From Nitrospirota bacterium (GTDB lineage: Bacteria > Nitrospirota > Nitrospiria > JACQBZ01), in contig JACQBZ010000096.1 in assembly GCA_016194285.1 (NCBI GenBank), forward strand, positions 8,974 through 72,973: a stretch of 64,000 nt of DNA, in the 5' to 3' direction. Below, piece by piece: positions 45,827-56,555 of the stretch. Position 1 is the stretch's first letter; each line of letters opens with the position of its first letter. The notes beneath the pieces were generated by a model. It was not told the origin of the DNA and did not search any database. It saw nothing but the letters and a program-made list of their open reading frames with translations. The translations under genes and the position numbers were made by a program.

Positions 45827-45875
45827 CAATTTCACCAATAAAAGATTGAATTTTAACAGACGCGTGGAAATCTTG

Positions 45876-47219
<1,344 letters not shown>

Positions 47220-47311
47220 TCAGAGCTTTCAAACGACGGGTTCGCTGTGCAATCGTATCTTGGAGTATCGTAGGCGCCTACAACAGATTTGTCAAGGAAG
47301 CTGTCAAATCA

Positions 47312-47387
47312 TGGTGGAGCTGGGGGGGATCGAACCCCCGACCTCCAGACTGCCAGTCTGGCACTCTCCCAACTGAGCTACAGCCCC
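47312..47387 (-). tRNA. tRNA-Ala (anticodon GGC), CCA encoded
   Basis: The reverse complement reads GGGGCTGTAGCTCAGTTGGGAGAGTGCCAGACTGGCAGTCTGGAGGTCGGGGGTTCGATCCCCCCCAGCTCCACCA. It has the G3:U70 Ala identity pair. Confidence 0.9.
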
Positions 47388-47555
47388 ACGTATTTAAACT
47401 GACCTGACGAATTTCTGTCCAACATGGATTGCGGAAAAAATCCTTTTCCCACGCCGGTGGGGAGACTCTCGCTCCAAATCAAGATGATGATGCTATATGT
47501 AAAATCATCGTATCATTGTCCCCCATGGCTGTCAAGGCGGATGGATCTCAAAAAA

Positions 47556-47585
47556 ACGGTCGCATCGCCCAAGCGATGCGACCGT
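47556..47585 (-). terminator. Rho-independent terminator after the 47621-48430 gene
   Basis: A 13-bp perfect stem (ACGGTCGCATCGC/GCGATGCGACCGT) has a 4-nt loop and is followed on the minus strand by T7. Confidence 0.65.
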
Positions 47586-47620
47586 TAAACTTTCCCGCGG
47601 TGTAACGATTCGGGTCCGCG

Positions 47621-48430
47621 TTATTTTGCGGCAAATGCAAAATCGGCCGTCGCCTTGCCCTTCGCCGGAACGGTCACTTTTGCTTCCTGCGCACCCAAGA
47701 TCGGATGGAAGGCATGAATTTCATACGTGCCCGGTGGAACACCATCAATGGAAAAAGTTCCATCCTCATTGACGATGGCATAATACGGATTACTCACGGG
47801 CTGGAAATAAACTTCCATGTAGTTGTGCTGGTCACACTGGATTTTCATCGTGCTTTCCTTTTTCCGAAGGACTACAGGCTTTTTGATGACCTGTCCTTTC
47901 TCGGGAAGCGGAAGATTGAAGATGGTGCTGCTGTTGGCACCCGATTGTTCATAGGCATGCGGGTTATGCAGTACCCCCGTGGCGGCTTTCGGATCCGTCG
48001 GATCGGCATCGGTATTCAAGATTCGGATCTCGGCCTTCTTCACCACAACGCCTGTCAAGGTGGAAGGGCCGCCCTGCACTTTAAACCGACAAAGATCGGT
48101 TTTAACATCCGTCCCTTCGAATTTGAACGGCTTTCCTTTCTCGATCTCCTCGATGAAGACCACAACATCCGTCAGGGCCCCGTTCTTAACATTGACCTGC
48201 TGGACAATACGATGGCCCTTCCCATCCGAATCGGCTTGTTCACAGAACTTTGAATTGGGGAATTTTGCAAAATCAAACTCCTTTGGTGCAGGCACCGCTC
48301 CCTTAAATGACACCTTACCCGTAATGGTTCCTCCGTCCGGAACCGGCGCTTCTTCATACGCCGAAACGATTGGAGCGCCGATTAAACTGACCGCGACGGC
48401 CAGACCAAACGCTGCGATAAACCCTTTCAT
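47621..48430 (-). CDS. Secreted protein with carboxypeptidase-regulatory-like ends and a cupredoxin-like His...Cys-x2-His-x2-Met pattern
   Basis: The start MKGFIAAFGLAVAVSLIGAPIVSA (signal peptide) follows the SD AAGGAAAGGAG. It contains LHNPH and, about 44 aa later, QCDQHNYM (47816-47836). The C-terminus contains DGTFSIDGVPPGTYEI. Confidence 0.8.
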   Translation of the reverse strand: MKGFIAAFGLAVAVSLIGAPIVSAYEEAPVPDGGTITGKVSFKGAVPAPKEFDFAKFPNSKFCEQADSDGKGHRIVQQVNVKNGALTDVVVFIEEIEKGKPFKFEGTDVKTDLCRFKVQGGPSTLTGVVVKKAEIRILNTDADPTDPKAATGVLHNPHAYEQSGANSSTIFNLPLPEKGQVIKKPVVLRKKESTMKIQCDQHNYMEVYFQPVSNPYYAIVNEDGTFSIDGVPPGTYEIHAFHPILGAQEAKVTVPAKGKATADFAFAAK

Positions 48431-48842
48431 CTTCTGATCTCCTTTCCTTGTATGAGTAGAGGGGAACTCCGCTCTACTTTCTTTTCCCACCTTTAGAAAA
48501 GACTAAACTTGTTGTTGTCTTCCGCCGGCCTGCTGAAAACTTGCTCTTTATTTGGTTTATGGTTACAGGGTTCCCGACCCACTTAATGGTGGTCGTACCT
48601 TTTGAGAGGACTGACAGAACTTCAATGAGGAAGACCCTTTGACCATTTCTACACCGTTCGATGCCCCCTGTAAAAAACGGTTTCGAAGTCTACGCCACAA
48701 TTTCAACCCTGTCAAGAAAAAAATTCTACGCCCTATTTTGGGGGGTGTCAAGCTCGAAAGTCGGCCGATCCTTCAATTCGGCTTGCAATGCGGATGGGAA
48801 TCGATTATAAAAGTGGATCAAACTCGAGACCGGGCCGGCATC

Positions 48843-49478
48843 ATGTCTTCTATTATACCGTTTTTCATTACAGCGTTCGTATCTTTGTTCGCGATCGTGG
48901 ACGCGATCGGAAATGCGCCCATGTTCCTTTCGATCACCCCCCACAACACGCATGCCGAGCGCGTAAAGATGGCGGGAAAGGCCGCGGTCGCTGTCTTCAT
49001 CATCCTGACCGTTTTCGCGCTGCTGGGCAATCGTATCTTTCAAGTCTTCGGCATTACCATGGATGCCTTCCGCATCGCCGGCGGACTCATCCTGCTGAAG
49101 ATCTCGCTGGACATGGTGGAGGCGAAGAGTCTCCGGACGCGTCATACCCCCGAAGAAGATCAGGAAGGTCTGGCCAAAGAAGACGTCGCGATTATTCCTC
49201 TGGCCATGCCGATGCTGAGTGGCCCAGGCGCGATTTCAACCGTGATCGTCCTCACGGCTCAGGCCACCTCGGCCGGCCTGATGGGCGCTCTGTTAATGGC
49301 GATTGGACTGAACGTCGGTCTCGTTTATTTGATCTTGAGGAGCTCGACCCGGGTCGTCGCCCTTTTTAAAGAAACGGGAATGCGAATCTTGACGCGGATT
49401 CTCGGCATCGTCTTGGCATCCATCGCCATCCAGTTTATCCTGACCGGACTCCGGTCTTACATGGCCGCCGCTCGGTAA
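48843..49478 (+). CDS. MarC-family (UPF0056) integral membrane protein
   Basis: MSSIIPFFITAFVSLFAIVDAIGNAPMFLS... is typical of the MarC family. The ORF-track N-terminal extension from 48639 is probably untranslated. Confidence 0.85.
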   Translation: MSSIIPFFITAFVSLFAIVDAIGNAPMFLSITPHNTHAERVKMAGKAAVAVFIILTVFALLGNRIFQVFGITMDAFRIAGGLILLKISLDMVEAKSLRTRHTPEEDQEGLAKEDVAIIPLAMPMLSGPGAISTVIVLTAQATSAGLMGALLMAIGLNVGLVYLILRSSTRVVALFKETGMRILTRILGIVLASIAIQFILTGLRSYMAAAR

Positions 49479-49539
49479 GCAGAAACGGGTGGTTAAAAAT
49501 GGCCGGTCTTGTCAAGCCGGCAGGGGCTGTCCGATTCCA

Positions 49540-50181
49540 TTACTCATTACCGTCATGATGCCAAAACAAAGGATCCCTTTGGATCGAACCCCGTTTGATT
49601 AACTCCAGAAATTCTTCGCGGGTTTCTCGACGCGTTCGAAATCCTCCCAACATCGCACTGGTGATCGCCGTCGCATTCTGTTTTTCCACACCTCGCATCA
49701 TCATGCAGAGATGCTGGGCCTCCATCACAACCGCCACACCCTGCGGCTTGATCTTCTCCTGGATGATTTCAGCAATCTGCTGCGTCAGCCGCTCTTGAAC
49801 CTGAAGCCGTCGGCTGAACACTTCGACGATCCTCGGCAGCTTACTCAGACCAATGACCTTTTTATCCGGAAGGTAAGCAATATGACATTTGCCAAAAAAA
49901 GGAACGAGATGGTGTTCGCAAAGACTGAAGAAATCGATATCTTTGACGATCACCATCTCATCGTATTTGATGGAGAAGAGCGCGCCGTTTAAAACCTCAT
50001 TGATGTCCTCGGTGTATCCCTTGGTTAAAAAATGGAACATCTTGGCCACCCGTTCCGGCGTTTTGATCAGCCCTTCGCGGGTCGGGTCCTCCCCCACCAG
50101 TACCAGTAACTGTTCAATGGCTTCCTGAAGCTGCTGCGTCTTCTCTCCGGTTTTCATCGCGATCTCTTTCAAAGGTTGCAT
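49540..50181 (-). CDS. folE: GTP cyclohydrolase I
   Basis: The ORF has [22 protein letters not shown] and the [23 protein letters not shown] motif. Confidence 0.92.
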   Translation of the reverse strand: MQPLKEIAMKTGEKTQQLQEAIEQLLVLVGEDPTREGLIKTPERVAKMFHFLTKGYTEDINEVLNGALFSIKYDEMVIVKDIDFFSLCEHHLVPFFGKCHIAYLPDKKVIGLSKLPRIVEVFSRRLQVQERLTQQIAEIIQEKIKPQGVAVVMEAQHLCMMMRGVEKQNATAITSAMLGGFRTRRETREEFLELIKRGSIQRDPLFWHHDGNE

Positions 50182-50245
50182 GCCTTGCCCCCAAAACAGG
50201 CGTTATGAATGGCGGGCCTCCGGTGGTTAAGGGCGGGTCAACTTT

Positions 50246-50551
50246 TCATGGCTTGATGGCCTTGGACTCTCCCGGAATTTGAACGGTCACGTCGCCCAAG
50301 ATCTTGGCCTGACACGCCAACCGATGCGGCGGAAGCAACGCAGCCAAATCCATCATATCCTCTTCTTCAAATTCAATCCCGGTCAGGTTCTCGTGCCCCT
50401 CGATCACCACCACCCGACAGGTACTGCAGGAGGCAAATCCGCCGCATTCGTGAGGCAGCGGCACCCCCAGGAACTGGGCCGCTTCAAGCAACGACTTCTT
50501 TTCGGGAACGTCTCCGCTTTTTCCCGATGGATAAAAAGTGACCTTGGACAT
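50246..50551 (-). CDS. [2Fe-2S] ferredoxin
   Basis: The 101-aa ORF has the Cys pattern HECGGFASCSTCRV...LACQ. Confidence 0.85.
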   Translation of the reverse strand: MSKVTFYPSGKSGDVPEKKSLLEAAQFLGVPLPHECGGFASCSTCRVVVIEGHENLTGIEFEEEDMMDLAALLPPHRLACQAKILGDVTVQIPGESKAIKP

Positions 50552-50578
50552 AGGATCATTCCAGCCGAGGCCGCTTTT

Positions 50579-51853
50579 TCAGGACGCGACCTTCATCGTG
50601 CAGCGATGGGCCTTGATGTGGGATTCAAACTCCTCCGGAAAGTGGCGCAGGCTGCATTCCACCGCCACCGCGGCCCCGGTAATGACGGTGCAGTCACCGC
50701 GACCCTTGACGAAACCGCTGAGCTGCTGAAGCGACCGGAGGTCTTCCGGCTTTCCGTGTCCCGTCTCAATTTTCTCAAGGATCTGATGAAGGTAATGCGT
50801 ACCCATCTTACAGGGGGGACACTGACCGCAGCTTTCATCCCTAAAGAAATTACAAAAATTCATGGTTTGTTCAACCATGCAGCGGGTATCATCCAGCACA
50901 ATGACTCCGGCAGATCCCAGACCGGATCCAATCACCTTGAGCGAATCAAAATCCATCGAGACATCGATATCCTTCGGCGTCAGGAAAGCATGGGATGGAC
51001 CGCCCGGATAAACCGCTTTCAGCGTCCGTCCGTCCTTTATTCCTCCTCCGAAGTCCTCGATGAGTTTACGAAGGGAAATGCCGAGTGGAAGCTCATACAC
51101 CCCGGGCCGGTTGATATCGCCACTGATGGAGAAGAGCATCGTTCCAGGACAGGTTTTGGTCCCGAACGATCGAAACCAATCCGTACCGTTGGAAACGATG
51201 GGCGGAACATTCGAGAGCGTTTCAACATTGTTCACCACGGTGGGCTTGCCGTATAAACCATAGACGGTCGGATAATAGGGTGGTTTGTGTTTGGGCTTGG
51301 CTTCCCGTCCTTGCATGCATTCCAGCATGGCGGTCTCTTCACCAGCCACGTAGGTATCCGGACCCAGAAAAATCTGGATGTCACATGAAAATCCAGTTCC
51401 CAAAATATTGTGCCCCAACAATCCGTGTTTCTGAGCATCCACGATCGCCTGTTTAACGATTGCGATCTCTTCGCTGAAGGCCCCATTTATAAACAGATGG
51501 GATTCCCTTGCGCCCACGGCGTAAGTCGCGATCGCGATGCCCTCAAGAAGTTGATGGGGATTCAACCGAAGCAGCAGACGATCTTTGTAGGTTCCCGGCT
51601 CATGTTCGCCCGCGTTGCAGGCCAGATAGCGTTCCAACTCCCGATGGGTCGCGACCATTTCCCACTTCTTCCCGGTTGGAAAACCGGCCCCTCCCCGTCC
51701 CCGCAACCCGGAACGTTTGATGGTTTCGATCACATCGAGCGGCTGAGAATGTCGGAGAACTTTTTCTAAGGCCTGGTAGCCACCCTTTTTCTGGTAGGTC
51801 TCAAGGTCAACCGTTCCCTTCGTTGTATCTTTCAGCAGAATCTGCTGTGTCAC
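50579..51853 (-). CDS. NuoF-like NAD(H)-binding FMN/[4Fe-4S] flavoprotein
   Basis: The 424-aa ORF has GLRGRGGAGFPTGKKW, an FMN site, and the ESCGQCPPCKMG cluster motif. No nuoE or nuoG gene is adjacent. Confidence 0.9.
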   Translation of the reverse strand: MTQQILLKDTTKGTVDLETYQKKGGYQALEKVLRHSQPLDVIETIKRSGLRGRGGAGFPTGKKWEMVATHRELERYLACNAGEHEPGTYKDRLLLRLNPHQLLEGIAIATYAVGARESHLFINGAFSEEIAIVKQAIVDAQKHGLLGHNILGTGFSCDIQIFLGPDTYVAGEETAMLECMQGREAKPKHKPPYYPTVYGLYGKPTVVNNVETLSNVPPIVSNGTDWFRSFGTKTCPGTMLFSISGDINRPGVYELPLGISLRKLIEDFGGGIKDGRTLKAVYPGGPSHAFLTPKDIDVSMDFDSLKVIGSGLGSAGVIVLDDTRCMVEQTMNFCNFFRDESCGQCPPCKMGTHYLHQILEKIETGHGKPEDLRSLQQLSGFVKGRGDCTVITGAAVAVECSLRHFPEEFESHIKAHRCTMKVAS

Positions 51854-51952
51854 ACTCGTCTCCCCATCTCATTCGCACGGACCCAAAGTGGTTTGCCTGA
51901 AATTCAAGGTGGTGGTCCAACTGGATGCCACGCGAGATCATCCCGGCTTAGA

Positions 51953-52447
51953 TTAAAGGTAATGGCTTAATGCCATAAAAAAGAGCATTGGAATAGAAAG
52001 ATAGAAATTGGTACGCGATGCCAGATAGGCTTTTCGAGCCATGGCCGCCATCTCGGCCGGCGGGGACTGTTGCTTGGCGGCTGCATCGGCCGTCATCTGA
52101 ATGATCCGTTTTTGATTCGGCCAGATAATCAGCCAAACGTTGAGGAACATGATGATTCCCAGCGCTCCACCGATGCCGATGGACACTTCCCAAGCCCCGC
52201 TCCCACCGCCCCATTTCCTCATGAGGATCACGAGTCCGGCCAGAACCGTGACCGCCGCACTCCATCGAAACCACCATAACGCGGGCGGCATCAATTGCGG
52301 AATGATTTTCCCCTTGGTCCCCGCATCAAGGCTCTTCATAAAGTTGACATTCACCAGGTTAAAAAAATAAAGAAGACCAATCCATGTAATTCCGGCCAAG
52401 AAGTGAATCCAACGGAACAGCAACTCGAACGGATCGACGCCAGGCAT
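51953..52447 (-). CDS. Integral membrane protein (urate-hydroxylase PuuD N-terminal-domain-like)
   Basis: The 164-aa ORF has 4 hydrophobic helices and the pattern WIHFLAGITWIGLLYFFNLVNV. The function is uncertain. Confidence 0.65.
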   Translation of the reverse strand: MPGVDPFELLFRWIHFLAGITWIGLLYFFNLVNVNFMKSLDAGTKGKIIPQLMPPALWWFRWSAAVTVLAGLVILMRKWGGGSGAWEVSIGIGGALGIIMFLNVWLIIWPNQKRIIQMTADAAAKQQSPPAEMAAMARKAYLASRTNFYLSIPMLFFMALSHYL

Positions 52448-52677
52448 GGTTCCTCCTTCGTTATGATCGTTGTAAAGGCAAGAATTAAATCGATTTTTTG
52501 TACAAATGCCTCACCGATTTTACAAAGAGTAAAACGCTTATAAAATACACCTCCTGATTTTATATTGTCAACTCAATAATCAGAACGAATCTCGACTTGG
52601 CCCAGGTAAATAGGGATCGCACAGGTCTCAGATCGGTTGGTTCACAGGTTCAAAGGAAGAGACATCCTGATGAGACG

Positions 52678-52875
52678 TCAACGAAACACCAATCGTTTTC
52701 GCGTTTTGCTCCCCATCGGCGCAGGCCGATTCTTCCGATTGGCCAGGATTACAGGATCAATGATTTCACCGCAACCGAGACAACGCCAGCCAAAAAAGAA
52801 TATCGCCCCTGTGTCATCCCGAAGGTCTTCAAAGGGTTCATGGACCATATAGCTTTCGCAACGCGGACATTTCAT
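52678..52875 (-). CDS. 4-Cys zinc-ribbon mini-protein, paralogue A
   Basis: The 65-aa ORF MKCPRCESYMVHEPFEDLRDDTGAIFFFGWRCLGCGEIIDPVILANR... aligns along its length with the 62879-63085 product. Confidence 0.65.
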   Translation of the reverse strand: MKCPRCESYMVHEPFEDLRDDTGAIFFFGWRCLGCGEIIDPVILANRKNRPAPMGSKTRKRLVFR

Positions 52876-52900
52876 GGTCTAAATCTCTCGTTCACAAAAT

Positions 52901-52954
52901 TGAAACATGATGTTTCATATATGAATTATACCGACCTTGAGCAGCGGTTGTCAA
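52901..52954 (-). promoter_or_regulatory. Near-consensus sigma70 promoter plus palindromic operator upstream of paralogue A
   Basis: On the minus strand, TTGACA (52949-52954), N18 and TATAAT (52925-52930) are followed by the palindrome TGAAACA-N3-TGTTTCA (52901-52917). Confidence 0.45.
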
Positions 52955-53083
52955 GGTGAAATCGATCCGATCGTCTTTTCTAATGACATTTTCACCACGA
53001 TGAAAAGGATAAGCCCGAAGCTGAGTGGGCTGGCGGAGAGGTCTTAAAAGGGTTTCTTGACGGGTTGTATTGTCGAGTTCCGA

Positions 53084-54448
53084 TTATCCGTTCGAGGATT
53101 TAATCCAAGAATAGCTTATACCAAACTCCTTGATTTTCCTCCATAAAGTGGTACGACTGATCTTAAGCCTTTCGGCCGCAGCCCTGTAGTTCCAGTCGGT
53201 CTGCGAGAGAGCTTTTAACACCAATTGTCTTTCCAAAATCTTAAAAGGATCCTCTTGTTTAATGGCCAAATCTATAAAATCGTCTTTGACATAAAACATG
53301 TCTTTCGGTAAATGGGACGGCAGGATCGTACTGCCCGTGCAAAGGACCACGGCATGTTCGATGATGTTCTCAAGTCTTTGTATGTTTTCTGGATAATCGT
53401 AATTAAGCAGTATCTCCATCGCGGCTGGCGCCACGGATTTTATTTTTTTGCCCATTAAGGTGTTGAACCGCTTTAGGAAATGTTGGACGAGAAGAGGAAT
53501 GTCGTCACGCCGTTCACGAAGGGGAGGAAGGACAATCGAAACCGTCCGAAGTTGATCATAGAGCTCCCGGAGAAACTCACCGTGTTCAACAGCCGAGTTG
53601 AGGTCCCGATGAGTGGCCGCAAGGACTCGAACATTCGCCCGAATTTTCCGGTGATCCCCCACCCGCTCAAACTGCTTCTCCTTCAAAAATTGTAGCAGTT
53701 TGACCTGGGCAGCAGAACTGATGTACCCAACTTCGTCAAGGAAGAGCGTCCCCCCGTCCGCCAGATCCAAACGACCGACCCGACTCGAAACCGCGCCGGG
53801 AAAAGCCCCCTTGACATAACCGAAGAGTTCACAGGTCAGCATCGCATCGGTCAAACCGCCGCAGTTGACTTTCACAAAAGGTTTTTCACTGCGAGGACCA
53901 TTTTCATGAATGGCGTGGGCCAACAGCTCCTTGCCGGTACCCAGTTCACCCTCGATCAGGACACTGGATTCACTTCGAGCCATCTCGGGTAAAAGGGCGC
54001 AGACGCTCTGCATCCGGTGATTCTTGCCAATGATGTTTTCAAAGGAGTATCTTCCCCTCAAGGCCTCGTTTAAGGCTTCAATCTGCGAACGATCCCGGAT
54101 GATCTCTACCCCCCCAATCACCCGACCGCTCTTGTTTTTTAGAAGGACCGTATTCGTGCTGATGGTCACCAGCTTTCCGTTCTTATTCCTTAAGACGGTC
54201 TCGTAGTCATGGATGTTTCGGCTGGTGGATAAGGTCTGTTCAAGAAGACATTCATTATCACAGGCCGCGCACCGAACCACTTGCGCACAGGACATCTCCT
54301 TGGCCTCTTCCTTCGAGTAGCCCAGCAGGCGTTCGGCGGCTTTATTCAGGTATTTGATCTTTTTATCTAACCCGATGGTGACAACGCTGTCGTTCAGAGA
54401 ATCAAGAATCACCTCGGTGTCGATTTGTTTGGTATCCAGAGCTTTCAT
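53084..54448 (-). CDS. Sigma54-dependent transcriptional activator with N-terminal PAS domain
   Basis: The ORF has a PAS domain, an AAA+ domain (GELGTGKELLAHAIH, GAFPGA-type GAFTGA loop, GGTLFLDEVG) and a C-terminal Fis-type HTH. Confidence 0.92.
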   Translation of the reverse strand: MKALDTKQIDTEVILDSLNDSVVTIGLDKKIKYLNKAAERLLGYSKEEAKEMSCAQVVRCAACDNECLLEQTLSTSRNIHDYETVLRNKNGKLVTISTNTVLLKNKSGRVIGGVEIIRDRSQIEALNEALRGRYSFENIIGKNHRMQSVCALLPEMARSESSVLIEGELGTGKELLAHAIHENGPRSEKPFVKVNCGGLTDAMLTCELFGYVKGAFPGAVSSRVGRLDLADGGTLFLDEVGYISSAAQVKLLQFLKEKQFERVGDHRKIRANVRVLAATHRDLNSAVEHGEFLRELYDQLRTVSIVLPPLRERRDDIPLLVQHFLKRFNTLMGKKIKSVAPAAMEILLNYDYPENIQRLENIIEHAVVLCTGSTILPSHLPKDMFYVKDDFIDLAIKQEDPFKILERQLVLKALSQTDWNYRAAAERLKISRTTLWRKIKEFGISYSWIKSSNG

Positions 54449-54502
54449 AACTAAAGATTATTTTAGACCCGCATTTTCGCTTAGTCAACATCGATCTTTC
54501 GC

Positions 54503-55444
54503 TCATCCGATCATGCGGTCCACATCCGCGCAGAGTTCTTTTACCCCATCGGCCGACTTCCGTAATCCCGCGGTCTCCTCCGAGGTAAGCTCGAACTCCA
54601 CGATCGCCTCGATGCCGCCGTGGCCCAACTTGGCCGGGACCCCGACGAACAGGTTCTGGACACCGTATTCACCTTTGCAGAGGGCCGCACAGGGGAGAAT
54701 CTTTTTCTTGTCTTTTACAATCGACTCGACCATCTCGACAATGGCGGCGGAAGGGGCGTAATAGGCGCTTCCGGTCTTCAGGAGTTTGACAATCTCGGCC
54801 CCGCCGTCTCGGGTTCGCTGAACAATCGCATCCAGTCGGTTTTTCGGGATCAATTCCGTCACGGACACCCCGCTCACCGTCGTGTAACGGGGGAGAGGAA
54901 TCATGCCGTCTCCATGCCCGCCCATCACAATGGCCCGGACGGTCTCGGCCGAGACACGAAGCTCTTGGGCGATGAAGGTCGCCATGCGAGCCGAATCCAG
55001 TACTCCGGCCATGCCGATGATCCGCTCCCGAGGGAACTGAGTCGTCTTGTAGGTCACATAGGTCATGGCATCCAGGGGATTGGAAACCACAATGATCACG
55101 GCTTCCGGCGAGTGAACGGCCACTTGCTGCGCGACGGTCTTGACGATCTTGGCATTGGTGGACAGAAGATCGTCCCGACTCATTCCCGGTTTCCGGGGAA
55201 CACCGGAAGTGATAATGACCAGATCGGATCCTTCGGAATCGGCGTAATTGTCCGTCCCGCGGATCTGTGTGTCGTAACCGTAAATCGGGGCCGATTCGGC
55301 GAGATCCAGAGCCTTTCCTATCGCCACATCTTTGTTGATGTCGAGCAGGACCAGTTCTTCCGCAAGCTCTTTTTCAACCAACCGCTGCGCCGCCGTCCCT
55401 CCGACGTTGCCAGCGCCAATGATCGTGATTTTTCGTCGTTTCAT
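54503..55444 (-). CDS. mdh: Malate dehydrogenase (LDH-like family)
   Basis: The 313-aa ORF has [12 protein letters not shown] and GGHGD motifs. Confidence 0.93.
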   Translation of the reverse strand: MKRRKITIIGAGNVGGTAAQRLVEKELAEELVLLDINKDVAIGKALDLAESAPIYGYDTQIRGTDNYADSEGSDLVIITSGVPRKPGMSRDDLLSTNAKIVKTVAQQVAVHSPEAVIIVVSNPLDAMTYVTYKTTQFPRERIIGMAGVLDSARMATFIAQELRVSAETVRAIVMGGHGDGMIPLPRYTTVSGVSVTELIPKNRLDAIVQRTRDGGAEIVKLLKTGSAYYAPSAAIVEMVESIVKDKKKILPCAALCKGEYGVQNLFVGVPAKLGHGGIEAIVEFELTSEETAGLRKSADGVKELCADVDRMIG

Positions 55445-55630
55445 GTCGGAGAGCTCCTCTGCGTTTTACCGACTGATTCTTACGTTAACAAACCTAAAAT
55501 ACGATATCACACGCTGGGAATGAGGTCAAGGAAGGTCGAGCGACGATCGAAAGAGACTCTCATCACAACAAAGGCGCCGGTCGAATGGGGGTGTCACCTA
55601 TTATCCGTTATGATCGTGACGGATTAAAAA

Positions 55631-55670
55631 AACCCAAGCCCGGATTCAATCTGGAATCCGCGCTCGGGTT
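55631..55670 (-). terminator. Imperfect stem-loop with T-tract (minus strand) upstream of mdh
   Basis: A 17-bp stem with 2 mismatches (AACCCAAGCCCGGATTC / GAATCCGCGCTCGGGTT) is followed on the minus strand by a T-run. Confidence 0.4.
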
Positions 55671-55845
55671 CTTCTAAAAGCGGTCTGCGGCCGGCAAACA
55701 TGGCTGTCCTTTTCGTCAAAGAAAAGAACGGGCGGGTTGCGAAACGTCAGCCTGGAAAATGCATGATCATTGTTACTCCAGTTAGGATGGCCCGTTTAAT
55801 TCATAATATCACAAAAAAACGGGTCTAACCGTCTCCAAAGAGCCA

Positions 55846-56520
55846 TTATCTTAGAGAACGATCCTGCTTTTTCAGCCATTTGTAGAACATCGGAATCAGG
55901 CTCAACAAAATCAACAGACCGACGGCCAGAGCGAATCCCCATGAATCGATGTGGGTCAGCGTGCTGCCCAAATAGACGTAGGCAAAGGTCCCCGGAATGA
56001 TGCCCAAGAAAGTCCCCAGGATGTAGTCCCGTGCGCCGATCTTGGAAATCCCGGCCATATAGTCCAGCACATTGAACGGCACCAGCGGGATCAGCCGCAG
56101 GAAGAAAACCACCTCAAACCCGCGCGAGGCGGCCTGTTCATCGAGTGAATCCATGGTTTTGAACTTTTCCTTGAGCAGGCGCGTGACGAAATCGCGACCC
56201 AGGAAACGTCCCACAAAGAAGGCAAGAGTCGCCCCGATCGTTGCCCCGACCACCGTGAGGATCGTTCCCCACAGTGGCCCGAAGGCCAGTCCACCCGCGA
56301 TCGTGATGATCCAACCGGGAACGAAAAAGACCGGCGCGATGCTGTAAATCAAAAGATACAGAAGAGGAGCAAGATATCCGACCGATTGGATAGCGGCACG
56401 GATCGCCTCCGGCTTGGCATACCGGCCCAGGCCCGACCACTGAAACAGCACAATACAGACGACGATAAATATCAGGAGACCCGCAAACTTCAGGGTCTGC
56501 CAGGAAAACCCCATGGTCAT
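55846..56520 (-). CDS. TVP38/TMEM64 (DedA-related) family membrane protein
   Basis: The 224-aa ORF has FVPGWIITIAGGLAFGPLWGTILTVVGATIGATLAFFVGRFLGR. Confidence 0.85.
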   Translation of the reverse strand: MTMGFSWQTLKFAGLLIFIVVCIVLFQWSGLGRYAKPEAIRAAIQSVGYLAPLLYLLIYSIAPVFFVPGWIITIAGGLAFGPLWGTILTVVGATIGATLAFFVGRFLGRDFVTRLLKEKFKTMDSLDEQAASRGFEVVFFLRLIPLVPFNVLDYMAGISKIGARDYILGTFLGIIPGTFAYVYLGSTLTHIDSWGFALAVGLLILLSLIPMFYKWLKKQDRSLR

Positions 56521-56555
56521 CCCAACCTTGTCAGTGGGCAGTTTACTTCACCGGA

